From Cetorhinus maximus (Eukaryota): 64,000 bases of DNA. Location of the stretch: NCBI RefSeq assembly GCF_964194155.1, contig NC_135891.1, positions 101,742,001 through 101,806,000 of the forward strand. Direction: 5' to 3'. Made by a program: the position numbers and the translations under genes. Below are positions 35,477 through 48,683 of the stretch, one piece after another; the first letter of the stretch is position 1, and each line of letters begins with the position of its first letter. The notes under the pieces were generated by a model. It had not been told where the DNA came from. It did not search any database and saw nothing but the letters and a program-made list of their open reading frames with translations.

Positions 35477-36280
35477 TCAGTTAGTAGGAGGAGGAGGAAC
35501 ACCTGGTGGAGGAAGAGGTGTAGGTGGTGCAGATACTGGTGCAGAATCATTAGGCAGTGGAGGCCTAATCATTGGTGGAACTGGAGCAGGGGGAGGACCC
35601 TGTGGAGGAGGACCTTGCGGAGGAGGACCCTGCGGAGGAGGTCCCTGCGGAGGAGGACCCTGCAGAGGAGGACCCTGCAGAGGAGGTCCCTGTGGAGGAG
35701 GACCTTGCGGAGGAGGACCCTGTGGAGGAGGTCCCTGCGGAGGAGGACCCTGCGGAGGAGGACCCTGTGGAGGAGGTCCCTGCAGAGGAGGTCCCTGCGG
35801 AGGAGGTCCCTGTGGAGGAGGACCCTGCGGAGGAGGACCCTGTGGAGGAGGACCCTGCGGAGGAGGACCCTGTGGAGGAGGACCCTGAGGAGGAGGACCC
35901 TGAGGAGGAAGTCCCTGTGGAGCCGGGGGAAGGCCCTGGGGAGTTGGGGGAGGACCCTGGGGAGTCGGAGGAGGTCCCTGGGGAGTCGGGGGAGGACCCT
36001 GGGGAGTCGGGGGAGGACCCTGGGGAGTCGGGGGAGGACCCTGTGGAGCCGGAGGAAGCTGTGGTGGACCAGGAGGTACCGGGCCAGCTGGTGGCATTGG
36101 TGGCATGGGCATGCCTGCTGGTCGTGGAGGTGGCATAGCATCTGGTGGCATGGGAGCCCTTGGTGGTATGCCATTCATGAGCGGTGGAGGTGGTGGTCTG
36201 TTCTTTATTCCAGGTGGTCCAATAGGTAAGCTCTGAGGTTGCATAGGTTTCTCCATCTTGAAATGGAACTGAAGGAAAAA
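35477..36280 (-). CDS. SF3A2: Splicing factor 3A subunit 2, last coding exon (proline-rich tail)
   Basis: TTCCTCCCAG acceptor; FFLQFHFKMEKP...PPPPLMNG.PPR matches human SF3A2; stop at 35477. Confidence 0.97.
   Translation of the reverse strand, partial: FFLQFHFKMEKPMQPQSLPIGPPGIKNRPPPPPLMNGIPPRAPMPPDAMPPPRPAGMPMPPMPPAGPVPPGPPQLPPAPQGPPPTPQGPPPTPQGPPPTPQGPPPTPQGPPPTPQGLPPAPQGLPPQGPPPQGPPPQGPPPQGPPPQGPPPQGPPPQGPPPQGPPLQGPPPQGPPPQGPPPQGPPPQGPPPQGPPPQGPPLQGPPLQGPPPQGPPPQGPPPQGPPPQGPPPAPVPPMIRPPLPNDSAPVSAPPTPLPPPGVPPPPTN
35595..36058 (-). repeat. Coding minisatellite: ~21 x 15 bp (PPPQG) plus 7 x 21 bp (PPPTPQG)
   Basis: Direct from sequence and from the translation of ORF 35477..36256. Confidence 0.95.
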
Positions 36281-36739
36281 CTGGGAGGAAAAAAACAGAA
36301 GGTCAAACTAACCCTGATACCATTAATTTCATACAAAGATCCTGAAGACAGGTTTTTAAAGTGATCAAAAATCCATGAACATAATAGTTATGAAAATGTA
36401 AATGCAACATCTTTTAAACTTATTTCCCATAGAAATTTATGGAAGTGACAAGCACTGTGTTGGAAACTTGGATATTCCTCAAGGTGGCATTACACATCAC
36501 TTTTAATATTACAACAAAACTCCTGTGCGGTTCAACTGGAAATAGACAACCAGCACAAAGTTGATAGAGATCTGGTGGAATCGAACTTGCTGAATTTCTC
36601 ACTACCACACATGAGCCTTAATAGATAAAAATTATTATCTATGTGCATCCCATTTTTTACTTTCAACTTACAATACTTTGCCGTTGTCCTGGCTGGAATT
36701 GTAGAATCATTTAGCACGTGTTGTGGTCATTTGTCGTTT

Positions 36740-39318
36740 CAAGTCAATAGTGGGAATGGCCTACAGCCCCCCTAACAGTAGCCACAGCGTAGGACAAAGT
36801 ATTCAAGAGAAAATATTGTGTGCTTGTGGTAAAGGGACGGCAATAATCATGCGTGATTTTAATCTACACATAAATTGGAAAAATCAGATTGGCAGTAGAA
36901 GCCTGGATGAGGAGTTCTTGGAATGCTTTTGAGATAGTTTCTTAGAGCAGCATGTTCTGGAATCAACCAGAGAGCAGGTTATATTAGATTTGGCATTGTG
37001 TAACGTGACAGGATTAACTAATGACCTCAGAGTAAAGGCACCCCTATGTAGCAGCAACCAGAATAAGATTGAATTTTACATCCAGTTTGAAAGGGACAAG
37101 AGTGGGTCTAAGACTAGTATCTTAAACTTAAATAAGGGCAACTATGTGGGGATGAAAGCTGAGCTAGCTGAAGTGAACTGGGAAACTAAGCTAGAGGATA
37201 GATCAATAGAGAAGCAGTGGCAGACATTTATGGAGATATTTCAGAGTATTCAGAAAAAGTACATTCCTACTATAAAGAAACATTCTAAGGGGAGGACCCA
37301 CCATCTGTGGTTAATAGAGATGTTAAGGAAAACATCAAACTTAAGGAAAAAGCATAGAACTCCACAAAGATGAGTGGCAGGACAGATGATTGGACAGAAT
37401 ATAAAGACAGCAGAGAATGACTAAAAGGTTAATCAGGAGAAAGAAATTAGAATATGAGAGGAAGCTAGCTAAAAACGGATAGCTAGAGTTTCTACAGGTA
37501 CTTAAAAAGGAAAAGAGTAAGTAAAGTGAGTGTTGGTCCTCTAGAGAGTGACAGTGGGGAGTTAATAGTAGATAATAAGGAAATGAAGGAAGAAATGAAC
37601 ACATTTTTTGCTTCTGTGTTCACTATAGAGGAGTAATAGCTGCAAATCAGGTGGTGAACGGGAGAAAGGAACTTGGTGAAATTGAAATCACCAGGGAAAC
37701 AGAACTGAGCAAATTGCTGGAGCTGCAGGCAGGCAAGTCTCCAGGTCTTTATGGACTACATCCTAGGGTCTTAAAAGAGGTGGCTAATGAGGTAGTTGAT
37801 GCGCTGGTGTTAATTTTCCAAAATTCGCTAGATTCTGGCAATGTTCCATCAGGTTGGAAAGTAGCAAATATAACCCCTCTATTCAAGAAGGGAGGGAGGC
37901 AGAAAACTGGTAACTATAGGCTAGTTAGCTTGACGTCTGTTGTGGGGAAGTTATTAGAATTGATGATTAAGGAGGTTATAGCTGGGTACTTAGAAGAGCT
38001 CAAGGCAATTGGGAAGAGTCCGCATGATTTTGTGAAAGGAAAATCATGTTTAACCAATTTATTGGAGTTTTTTGAAGGAGTAGCATGCGCAGTGGATAAA
38101 GGGGAGCCTGTAGACGTACAGTACTTGGATTTCCAGAAGGCATTTGATAAGGTGCCACATCAAAGATTATTACGGAAAATAAAAGCGCATGGTGTAGTGG
38201 GTAACATATTAGCATAGACAGACTGGCTGGCTGGCAGAAAGCAGAGAGTATGCATAAATGGGTCTTTTTCAGATTGACAGAATGTGACGAGCGGCGTCCC
38301 ACAGGGGTCTGTACCGGACCCTCAACTTTTTACGATTTACATCAATGACTTAGCTGAGGGGCATGAAGACATGGTAGTTAAATTTGCAAATGAAACAAAG
38401 ATAGGTAGGAAAGTATGTTGTGCAGAGGACATGAGGAGGTTGCAGATAGATATAGATGGGTTGAGTGAGTGGGCAAAGATCTGGCAAATGGAGTTTAATG
38501 TGTGAAAATATGAAGTTGTTCACTTTGGCAGGTAGAACAAAAAAGCAGAGTATTATTTAAATGGAGAACGGCTGCATAATTCTGAGGTGCAGCAAAATCT
38601 AACTGTTCTAGTGCATGAGTCACAAAAAGTTTGTATACAGGTAAAGCAAGTAATTAAGAAGGCTAATGGGATGCTATCCTTTATTACAAGAAGGATTGAA
38701 CATAAAAATAAGGATGTTGTGCTTCAGTTATACAGGGTATTGGGGAGACCGCACCTCGAATACTGTGTGCAGTTTTGGTCTCCTTATTTAAAGAAGGATG
38801 TAAATGCATTGGAGACAGTTCAAAGTTGGTTTACTAGATTGATACCTAGAATGAGAGGGTTGTTTTATGAGGAAAGGTTGGACAGTCTGGGCTTGTTTCC
38901 ACTGGAGTTTAGAAGAGTGAGGAGTGGTTTGATTGAAGTATACAAGATCCTGAACGGTCTTGACAAGGTGGATGTCGAAAGGATGTTTCCTCTTGTGGGT
39001 GAGTCCAGAACTAGAGGGCACTGTTTTAAAATTAGGGATCGTCCTTTTAGGACAGAGATGAGGGGAATTTTTTTCTCTCAGAGGGTTGTGCGACTTTGGA
39101 ATTCTCTGCCTCAGAAGGTGGAGGAGGCGGGGTCATCAAATATTTTTAAGGCAGAGGTAGGTCGATTCTTATTAGGCAAGGGAATCACAGGTTATCGGAG
39201 TTAGATGGGAATGTGTAAATCGAAACACAAGAGGATCAGCCACGATCTTATTGAATGGCGGCGCAGGCTCGAGGGGCCAAACGGTCTACTCCTGTTCTTA
39301 TTTCTTATGTTTTTATGT
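36740..39318 (+). mobile_element. CR1 LINE ORF2 (part of APE plus RT) and 3' tail, antisense within the last SF3A2 intron
   Basis: ORF fragments 36723-39204: DFNLHINW, KSPG.YGLHPRVLKE, NYRLVSLTSVVGK, SCLTNLLEFF, YLDFQKAFDKVPH, SGVPQGSV, HLEYCVQFWSP. Tail ctactcctgttcttatttcttatg. Confidence 0.93.
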
Positions 39319-39679
39319 TGTCTGTACTGGCTATCCAATTAGTCCCACTCCCCTGCACTTTCCCCATAGCCCTGCATATTTACCCTTTAAATAATTATGC
39401 AATTTTGTTTCGAAAGTTACTGTTGAATCTGTTTCCGCTGTTCAAGCTTATATATTCCCTCCTCCTTTTTGCCCATCACTTCTTAGTCATTTGCCCCTTC
39501 AGTCTTGGCAGGATTGTCAGAAAGCTGAAATGCTTTTTATAGTAATGCAAGAATTTGCGCCCCTCTACTTTCTCTAAGTTCACCGTTCTTTAAATTTATA
39601 AATTTCAGCTACAAGCAATTTCTGGTCACACTCTAAGTTGTGTCTCTGCATGCCAATAAGCAGCCCAGATACAAAGTTG

Positions 39680-40800
39680 ACTTAGTAATAAGATACAGAG
39701 AGTAGAAGTGAATGGTTTTCTTTCAGACTGGAATCTCCTTGGAGGAGAACAGGTTGACAGCAGATTTGACAGAGGTGTGCAAAATCATGAGGGGCCTACA
39801 CAGAAGAGAGAGAGAGAAAGAGAAACTTCCCATTGGCGAAAGGGTTGAGAACCAGAAAACACATCTAGTTTAAGTGACTGGCAACAAGTGGTTACGATAT
39901 GGAATGTACAGCCTGAGGACTATGTTGGAGGCAGATTCAGCTGTGGCTTTCAGAAAGGAATTTGATAAGCACCTGAAGAAAAAGGATTTCAGGGCTAAGG
40001 GAATGGAACTAGGTAAACTGCTCTTGCAGAGAGCTGCCCTGGGTTTGAATGGCCAAATGGCCTCCCTTCTGTGCTGTAAGGATTCCACGATCCTATATAA
40101 TCAAATCTGCACTTGGAGCTGCAAATAACAATCCAAATAAGCAGACTGCAGAAAATTGTATGCTATTAACACATTATCGTTGCGGCTACAACTGCAACAG
40201 TTCTTAAACATTCAAGACAGAGTTCCACTAGTATCTGAAAATTAGTCCCACATGATTGACAGATATAGAACAAACAGAAGCCGAAAGAGACCCACCATAT
40301 CCAACAATGCTCAACATATCCAACAACGTGAGCTGGCAATAAACAAAGCAAATAAGATGCTCAATTATATTGCTAAATTAGTTTCGTTCAAACTCCCACA
40401 AGTTACACTGAAGATGTACAATGCTCTGATCGAACTGCAGCTGAGATTTGGCTACAGGATAATGGTAACTAGAATTCAGGCTACACAGATGTTTCAGGAG
40501 AGTGTAGGCTGATCCTAGTATTAGAGAAATTGGCTATAATGAATAACTAGATAAGGCGAGGCTTTTAAGCCTCAAAGACTGAGGAAACATCTTATTGAAG
40601 TATATGAGATGCTTAGTGAGACAGACAATGGTACTTTCAGATAGGTCAGTGCTGCAGAGTCCTGGTGGTGAATAAACTATTTCTTTACACTGGGTGATTA
40701 ACAGTGGAATTGATTACCAAAAATATCAAGACCAGGAAGTGGGACTTACTTATGAAACAGCTAGATTCTGTAATTGAGAGGTGTTACAACTGAGTATTCT
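39680..40800 (+). mobile_element. Highly decayed CR1 3' fragments
   Basis: Residual motifs (NKANKMLNYIAK, MYNALI; tail aatggcctcccttctgtgctgtaa at ~40060). Confidence 0.55.
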
Positions 40801-41037
40801 GAGAGAGTTAAACAGACTGAAAGATCTTCGCCTAAGCTTATTTTGTGTGGATGAGGAGGTCTCTACTGTATTGACATGTGACCTCATGCAAGTACTTTAA
40901 CGGGTTTTATTATTTGGAGACCTTAAAATAAAACACTGCTGCATTGCTGAACAGGAGTTAGTCACAATCAAAGAACACAGACATAGCTTATTTGTGTTGG
41001 ATTAATCTAGAGCAATAATTAAAAAACTTGAGAATAC

Positions 41038-41106
41038 CTGTTTTGTTTCTCTATTCCAGTGGGTCCAAAACTTCCCCTCAACTTTATCAATTTCTCTACT
41101 TGGCAC
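41038..41106 (-). CDS. SF3A2: SF3A2 coding exon 7
   Basis: AG|VPSREIDKVEGKFWTHWNRETKQ|GT, 69 nt. Confidence 0.97.
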
Positions 41107-41949
41107 CTAAGTGCAATTAGAGATGTGTTAAGATATATGGTTAGTTCAGTACAGTCAATCAATTATGGATATTTCAGTGTCCCATCTATTTCATCCAATA
41201 ATCTGAACAAAATATGCATAATACAGAAAACTGAACACAAGCTGACAAAAGATTGACATTAAAAGTTGATATTTAATTAGCACAACATTCCTTAAAACAT
41301 TTTTTCAACAACAAAATAAAATGCAAGGACTTGACCCAAGCACTATTCCAAAATCCGGTCCATCTATTCTGACCTTGTTAATTATTTTGTTTTTCCCTCA
41401 TCTTCCTCTTTCCATTTTGTAAAAGTTTTCCAGCGATAACACAATAAACAAATCTCCTTATTTGTTTTCTTTCTTCTCACTGACCTTCTCTGATCATCAC
41501 CTTGATTTCTAGCCCAGAGTAACCACATCAATACTAGCACATTCGAGTGGCTGCTGTGAGTCTGCATAGTTTCAACAGACTACTGTTACAAGTAACTAAA
41601 ACCAGTACCAGCATTTTATTTCACATTATCTTTACTGAACTCTGTTCTTTACAAAATGATATGTGATTTAGTGGGACTATAGTCTATTCTTTTTAATTCA
41701 AAATCACAACTCAAATTACGTGATAAATCAATTTTAAGTCTGAAATTTCCACTGTGTGTTATTTAAGTTAATCAAATTATTAAATAATTCCATTTTCAGT
41801 GCAAGAAAATAACTTAGAATTATCAGGAAAAGCACACAATTTTGATCAGTTATTTTTGCGTGTGGAAACAACAAAGTTATTTCACCTCCCACCGCAAACA
41901 AATTAATTTATCTCTCCAGGTTGCCCACCAGTCTATGACAGTACAATAC

Positions 41950-42090
41950 CTTAAAAGAAATGGTTTCATATGGCTCTGCTGCAAACAACAGGTACTGCCA
42001 ACGTCTGTCGGGTGGTTCAATTCGCTGTTCATATGCAGACATAAACCGATGACGTGGGATTACACCTTCTGCAATTTCAGGGTAGTCAAT
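41950..42090 (-). CDS. SF3A2: SF3A2 coding exon 6
   Basis: AG|IDYPEIAEGVIPRHRFMSAYEQRIEPPDRRWQYLLFAAEPYETISFK|GT, 141 nt. Confidence 0.97.
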
Positions 42091-43558
42091 CTAAAAGATA
42101 AAATTGATTTATTTTAAACAAGTAAATCACTAAACAATACATATATATTGAGCAAGCATAAACTACCATATATATTTTGACATGAAAAATAAAGTTTGCT
42201 ACTTCACCTGGTATATGCTTAAGATTAGCATCAATACACCAACAACAGGTACGGGGTAAAAAGCATTATGGTCCATAATTGATTATTTATTGCATTCTTC
42301 ATTATTGGTCATAGCAGGCACACGGTTAAAATGGGTTGCTGTTAGCTACTTCTGTAAGATACGGGGAGTGCATATCCTAGATGTGTGGGGATCAACTGCT
42401 ACCGCAGTTGTATGTGAATGAGTGTCTGGATCAGACCATTCAAAGTGTTTGGGATTGATCAATTATATTCACTATCAAGTATCCTGCGGGGCTGAGAGAC
42501 TGAGGTAGCTAAGAGATTAAACTCCTCTTGCTCGGAGATAGCGACAAAGAAGTTTGGAAGGACGTCTTGGGTGACAATACAACAAACAGAATGACTCTGG
42601 AACTACCAGAGGTATATGGCGAGTTAAAGGTCTCCACGCTAGCAGATAGCTTCTTGTTTCAAGAGTCAATACAGGAAAAGCTACTTTTGACAGGGAAGAT
42701 TGGTAAAGTTTATCATAACTGCAAATATACAGTTTGTTTCGAGCACTGTTCAATTACCTGTTTAATGTTGAATAACTGTGTCTAATGCTTTATAGCCGGA
42801 GCCACAATCCGAAAGTGTATATTCTTCTACCTACCGAAAATAAGGAAATCACTTGGCGGCGTATCACATATTCCAGTAATCCGGAGTATAGTGACAAAGG
42901 TTCCCTATTTGACCCCCGAGTTTAATTATATTTACTGAGAAACGGGAAGATAAAAGTTGTATGCTGCTTCATAGGGAGTAGCTGTCATGCTGAACCCAAG
43001 AAAATATCTGGCATCAAAACTCAAAAACGTAAAAGGTTGTCCAAATACTTTGGTGTATTTTACATTTTAATGCCAAAATAAAATTCAGACCACAACAATT
43101 GGTTTATTAAGCACAACTGAATTAAATGTTATTTCAAGCTGTCAAGTGTTTTTAAGTGGTGCGCAAGAGAGCAAGTTAAATGAGTCATACAGAATTGGAA
43201 GGGCTCTGTTCAATTCACTAAGTGAACTGATATTTGCTGTACGGTGGTACAACTGACTTTGCGAAGCCCTAGGGAGAGGATTTCGGCTTCACATCAGTGC
43301 CCAGTGATCTTGCTGGAAATAAATGGACAAGACTGGGGATGCTTGTGATGGCCTACTATATTGACTAACCAGTTGATATATAAATAATGGCCAGTTACAC
43401 AAGACACCAGACAAAAGACAACCAGTATCCATTGTACCGTACTCGACCCATGCGTAAAGAGCCTTTGAGATTAGAGGGTAGAAAATTGACTGAAAGGGAA
43501 AATAATTCAGAATGGATTCCATTATAATCAACGTGCAGAGAGCACAACTGTACATTAC

Positions 43559-43608
43559 CTGAAAAAGAAGACTTTGTTGTCCCACCTCTGCATCCCTCTG
43601 TTTGGTCA
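43559..43608 (-). CDS. SF3A2: SF3A2 coding exon 5
   Basis: AG|(V)TKQRDAEVGQQSLLFQ|GTAATG, 50 nt. Confidence 0.97.
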
Positions 43609-43764
43609 CTACAAAAAGAATGGTTAAAATCATGATGCATTTAAATCAGTTTATTTGCAATAAAATCCTCCTCTAAAGCAGAGCACAGCCGCTCTCTTCT
43701 CCACTTGCTCAGATAAACAGTGAGGCAGTTTATATTGTAACCTTTTCCATGAACTTTAATTATT

Positions 43765-43895
43765 GTTGAAAGGTCATGAGGACTCGAAACATCAACTCTT
43801 TTCTTCTCCGCCGATGCTGCCAGACCTGCTGAGTTTTTCCAGGTAATTCTGTTTTTGTTTTTGTTTTGGATTTCCAGCATCCGCAGTTTTTTGTT
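43765..43895 (+). mobile_element. Short PLE-terminus insertion starting inside the hammerhead core
   Basis: TSD TTTAATTATT (43755-43764 / 43896-43905). Reads GTTGA-A-AGGTC-ATGAG-GACTC-GAAACATCAAC followed by the shared T-rich body. Confidence 0.8.
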
Positions 43896-44383
43896 TTTAA
43901 TTATTATGTCTTGTTTTGGTACAGCATAAGATACCTGTGACGAGTGCCAAATTTCTAAATTTACCAGGTGTAATGGGATTTACAGACTGAATACGCTGAG
44001 TTTGTGCCGAGTCTTACAGGTGGTGAAAATGGCAATTTCTCAGTACAAACTTTCCTCTAGCCTTGCTCAACCAGCAGGAGGCATGATTTAAATGGAGTGA
44101 GTCAGTCAAGCTTGTTTTCCCTTGCCTCCAACTCACAAATGATTAAATTTTAAGTGATAATTTGTAGTTCTATTATTCTTTAATGTTTCACACTAATACT
44201 TGTTTTAACTACTAAAAATTTCAAAATGTGTTTTCCACACTTCATATCCCTAAATCGTGGAATGGTTAGCAAAATACATAAGTTTATAATTAACTGACAA
44301 TAAAACCTAATACATTTTTGTCAAAAATAACAGTCAATTGCTACACTAGTTCATTGTGACACAACTCAAGGTTTGAAAAATAC

Positions 44384-44493
44384 CTTTATAACCTGGCCGG
44401 CCAATTTTCACAAACTTTTTCACCTCCACTTTAACCTTCTCTGGGGCAGGCTGTGCTGGTGCTTCCTTTGCCTCTTTTGCTGCTCGTCGTGCA
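44384..44493 (-). CDS. SF3A2: SF3A2 coding exon 4
   Basis: AG|ARRAAKEAKEAPAQPAPEKVKVEVKKFVKIGRPGYK|GT, 110 nt, essentially the human sequence. Confidence 0.97.
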
Positions 44494-45491
44494 CTGTATT
44501 CAAAACAGAGAATGCACCATTTGGTCGGAAATTTCAATATTTTCTGTCCAGACACTGCTCGGGTCAGTACCCATCCTCACCTTAATTGTTGACACAGTTC
44601 CTGAAATTGTAGACTTGTGACCAATCATTGCATATTTACTAACATCCTGTAAATGGTACTCAAGTGCCCCCTCATTGGCGCATCCAACAGAGGAAGTTTT
44701 AAAAAAATTCTTTCATGGGACAAAAGCATCACTGGCAAGGCCAGAATTTGTTGCCCATCCATAACTGCCCTTAAGGAAATGGCGGTGAGCTGCCTTCCTG
44801 AACTGCTGCTGTACATCTGGTGTAGGTACAGAGTGCTGTTAGTGAGGGTTTAAATAGATATTTCTATATAATGGATTGTAGAGCTACATTAATTGCTTCT
44901 GGGCATGGCACTCAGTAACCAGCAGACAAAGTACTAGATTAAAATCTCTATTTGTCTTGCTTCCATAAAGCAAGTATGATGATAGATGATAACACAGCAG
45001 CGTAGTGCGCATGGATATCCTGGGATAAAGGCTCATCTCCATGATTCCTCACATGGAAAGCTCTTTATGTTAGTTACATTGTCATAGGATGTGTCTAGTA
45101 GAAGCCAGATATTGTTCCACTGGGGAGGAGGCAAGAATTGGAGATAGAGTTACCCTAGGTTATTTAGGCAGACATCCCAATGATCAGTAAAGCAACAAGG
45201 AAGGGTGATGCAGAAGATTGCACTGTCTGACAGGTAGGATGAATGTCTGAGTCCAAAGCTCAATTCTTGCCATTGTTTTCCAGTATAAGGCTTTACCCAC
45301 AATCAGCACACTGATAGGAATCTAAGAATTAATTTTTAGCTCATCTTTGTGGTTGAACAACATGGAGACTTTGCTGGGGGATGGAGGCAACAGCAAGAAA
45401 GGAAACATGCTTTCCTAGCAAATACTAAAATCTTTCATGTGTCTTAGACACCTGCACTTGTGTTACACATCCAGTTTTGTATCCACGTGAT

Positions 45492-46514
45492 TGTCAGGGG
45501 GCTTACACCTCACACTCTATATTTTTCTAAAAAATATATATCCTCAAGGCTAATTTCTAAAATTTTTAAAACTGGACAAAGCTTCAGCTATTTTAAAAAG
45601 AGTCTATGTCTGTGGCCCTTGAATAATAAGAGCTAATATGGCAGTTTCGCAGGAACTGACACCTCTTTGTCTCTGAAGAGATCCTAACAAACTCTGTGAA
45701 CCAAATTCAAAGGGAACTATGCAAAGACCATCTACATTTCATAAGCCAGGCCTGGCTAACTGGAACCGATTCATTTGCTAGGGCAAAGGACCCCACAACC
45801 TCCCTTTAAGACTTAATGGTTGGAACATTAACAATCTCAGGGAGCCAGACAAAGAGATACAAACCCTTTGTTAAAGCCAGAGTAGAGAGGTAGGAGTCAT
45901 GTGATATGAACCCCTAGCTGGGGGAACCTGTAATATTGCCTTGTGGAGCTGCAAAGCTCAGTCTGCCACTTTTCCATCTACCAAGCAGCAACACAGCAAA
46001 GGGGCTCTTGTCCAGGTTTGAATGCCTGGTCCCCGTCTACACTGTTTCGACTGGAACCTCTGTACCATCACCTACAAGACTGATTCATCTCTGTGTGCCT
46101 ATTTCATTGTGGAAATCAATTCTACTGAAAAGTGAATTAGCCAGCATCAGTTCAGCCTGCTGACCTCGATGGAGGAATACACCATTGGACTTTGGACACA
46201 TGTGAAACAATGATTCTTTTTTCTGTGGTCTTTGCCCTGTAAATCTTTCTTTCTCTAGCCCTCTTTACTGTAGCAGTGCACATCCCCACCCCCCTGTTGA
46301 ATGTGTGCAAATAAACTAACCCTCTGAGTTCATCTTATCTTGAGTGTGCTGTGGGGTTGTTTATAGAAAATTGGATCACACCAAGACTGAGGGGTTGGGA
46401 AACATGCTACTGCTTATAAAAGGGGGAAGCATATCAAAACACCTTTCTGTTATGGATAGGTGGTGAGAGGAGAAATCAGGGCTGTTTAAATTAATTCCCC
46501 TCCTGTCCGTAACA
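45492..46514 (+). mobile_element. LTR-like segment
   Basis: TGTCA...GTAACA ends and AATAAA near 46309. No convincing TSD and the left boundary is uncertain. Confidence 0.35.
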
Positions 46515-46731
46515 GTACAAATGTCACTTAGTTTCTTCGTTGGATCTCTGGGAATTACATGACAAAACAAAAACAAGTCTTTTCCACTTGCACACATACA
46601 ATTTATATCTAAAACCCTGTATCATAGAATGGAAGATTCCATTCATCATTACATCAGTATTCAAGTATAGTAAACATTGTGATGCAGGGTAATGGTCGTA
46701 ATATGAATAGCAAATCTCACTAAGCTGCGTC

Positions 46732-46914
46732 CTTTATTTATTCGTTCATGGGATGTGGGCGTCGCTGGCTGGGCCAGCATTTATTGCCCATCCTTAATTG
46801 CCCTTGTTCAGGGGGCATTTTAAGAGTCAATCACATTGCTGTGGGTCTGGAGTCACATGTAGGCCAGACCAGGTAAGGACAGCAGATTCCCTTCCCTAAA
46901 GGACATTAGTGAAC
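46732..46914 (-). mobile_element. SINE-like bipartite element sharing both the 5' region and the 3' tail of the 24290-27100 LINE
   Basis: 46732-46806 matches 24295-24366; 46808-46914 matches 26927-27033. Confidence 0.8.
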
Positions 46915-47052
46915 AGTTTGTACAATTTTATATTGCACAGTTTTACGTTGTTCTAATGAGAAAAGTATACTTTTTTGAAGTAGCTCAATAGCCTGAGAAC
47001 AGAATATTTGCAAAAAACACATTTTTCATGTCTAACATGATCTTAAACTTAC

Positions 47053-47099
47053 AGATTAGTCTGATGCTTTTTTCCTTGTGTGTGCGCCAAATAACTCCC
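47053..47099 (-). CDS. SF3A2: SF3A2 coding exon 3
   Basis: CAG|GSYLAHTQGKKHQTN(L)|GTAAGT, 47 nt; second half of the U1C/matrin zinc finger. Confidence 0.97.
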
Positions 47100-48683
47100 C
47101 TGTAGAAAAAAATTCAAATCAAATTAAAACATCTACTAACAATCCCTGATTTTAAATTCAGTTGAGGAATAGACAACTGAATTAACTAAATGACCTTCAG
47201 TATTGATAATGAACTTCAATGTAAAAGGTAGCTCCAAGATTATAACATTTTAATCAGCAGCAAACCTGATTTTTAAAAGTTGCTGGTGGTATGGAGAGGA
47301 AGATCAGATGACACAATGGGTTAAAACACTGCTTTTGAGTACTGGGTGTAAATTGAGTTCAAATGGATAAGTCAATGTCTCCTTTACCGGGGCGAAGATG
47401 TCAAATGCATTTTGAGTAGTTTCAAAAGTGATTTCCATAGATCACAAATTCATGCATAATATTGTCCATGAATCAGTATTAATTTGGAGACGCACTCAGA
47501 CCAGTGACAACAGCTAGTGTAGCAAATAGAAGTACGCCCCACTTGTACATAGAAGTGAACTTCTGAGCTGAGGACATGGCAGGGAGAACTTGATGCAAAC
47601 ATCTTCAAATGTCTAACCCGTGAAAATGTTCTATTATGAGCATTGCTTTTATCTTGATGAAAAACAAATTAAGCCCAACTCTACCAAAAAATAAATGAGA
47701 AGATTCTAGAAGAAGTGTGTGATGCACTAGAGGAAAAATATGTACATTTACAAACCCAGGCAGTTTAAACACTATTACACAAATTGTAATAAGTTGTTGC
47801 ACCTGATGAATGCCCCATCATATCATTATCTGAAAAATGAATCACAACCGCTCAAAGATAGCACCCTAACCTAAAATACAACACTGGTTTGAGATTTATT
47901 CATTCAGCTAATATATTACTGTGAAAGATGATTGTGTTTTTAAAAAAGTTTTGTTCATGGAACATGTGTGTGGTTGGCAGGGCCAGTATTGATTGTCCAT
48001 CCTTAATTGCATTTGAAAGTGATGGTGGTGAGTCAGCTCCTTGTAGCACTGCAGTCCATGTGGGTACACCCGTAGTGCTATTATGGAGTGACAGTGAGAG
48101 AAGGCCGGATTTTAGGGAACCAAAAAGATGCGCTGGGAAATCCCCTTCGGAAGTTCACAAGTAAGGGTTTGCACTGCAATTTCCAGGAGTGCAAACCTCC
48201 TCTGGGCAATTGCACTGCTTCACGAACCATCCGAAAATGCGATTTAAATCACAAACTTCAGGTAGTTCCGGCCGTGTTACACAAATAGTTACCCAGAAAA
48301 TGTTAGAAAAATTAAAACCTCTTCTAACTTCTCAGTAACCATTGTGAAGATCCAGACTGACTAGCCCCAACAGGATTCCCCCACACATCTCCAAACCCCA
48401 GGGGATGTTCCCTAACCCTGACTCCCCACCATGGTACTCCTCATCCCCCACCAACACCCCATGGGACCCACCCTTCTCCAACCCGAGGTTCACCTACCTT
48501 CCCGACCCCTCCACCTCCCTGACCTCCTACCAAACCACCTCCCTGACCTCTGACCCCTGACACCCCCATACTCCGGCCCCCCGATCTTTGACCCCACCCC
48601 ACCCCTCCACCCCACCCCCCGAACTCTGATTCTCCCCACCCCCCAAAATCTTACCCCCTTACCTTACGAGACGTATCTTCTCC

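Noticed and set aside
35595-36058. CRISPR-like periodic array
   Set aside because: Tandem units with no unique spacers, inside a eukaryotic coding exon.
35435-36229. 264-aa Arg-rich protamine-like ORF and 188-aa Glu-rich ORF on the plus strand
   Set aside because: Antisense shadows of the CCT-rich SF3A2 repeat; no independent promoter or splice evidence.
37651-39204. Intact, active CR1 reverse transcriptase
   Set aside because: ORF2 is broken by stops and frameshifts, and the catalytic FADD reads FANE.
42353-42896. Possible solo LTR (TGTAA...GTGACA)
   Set aside because: No matching TSD and uncertain ends.
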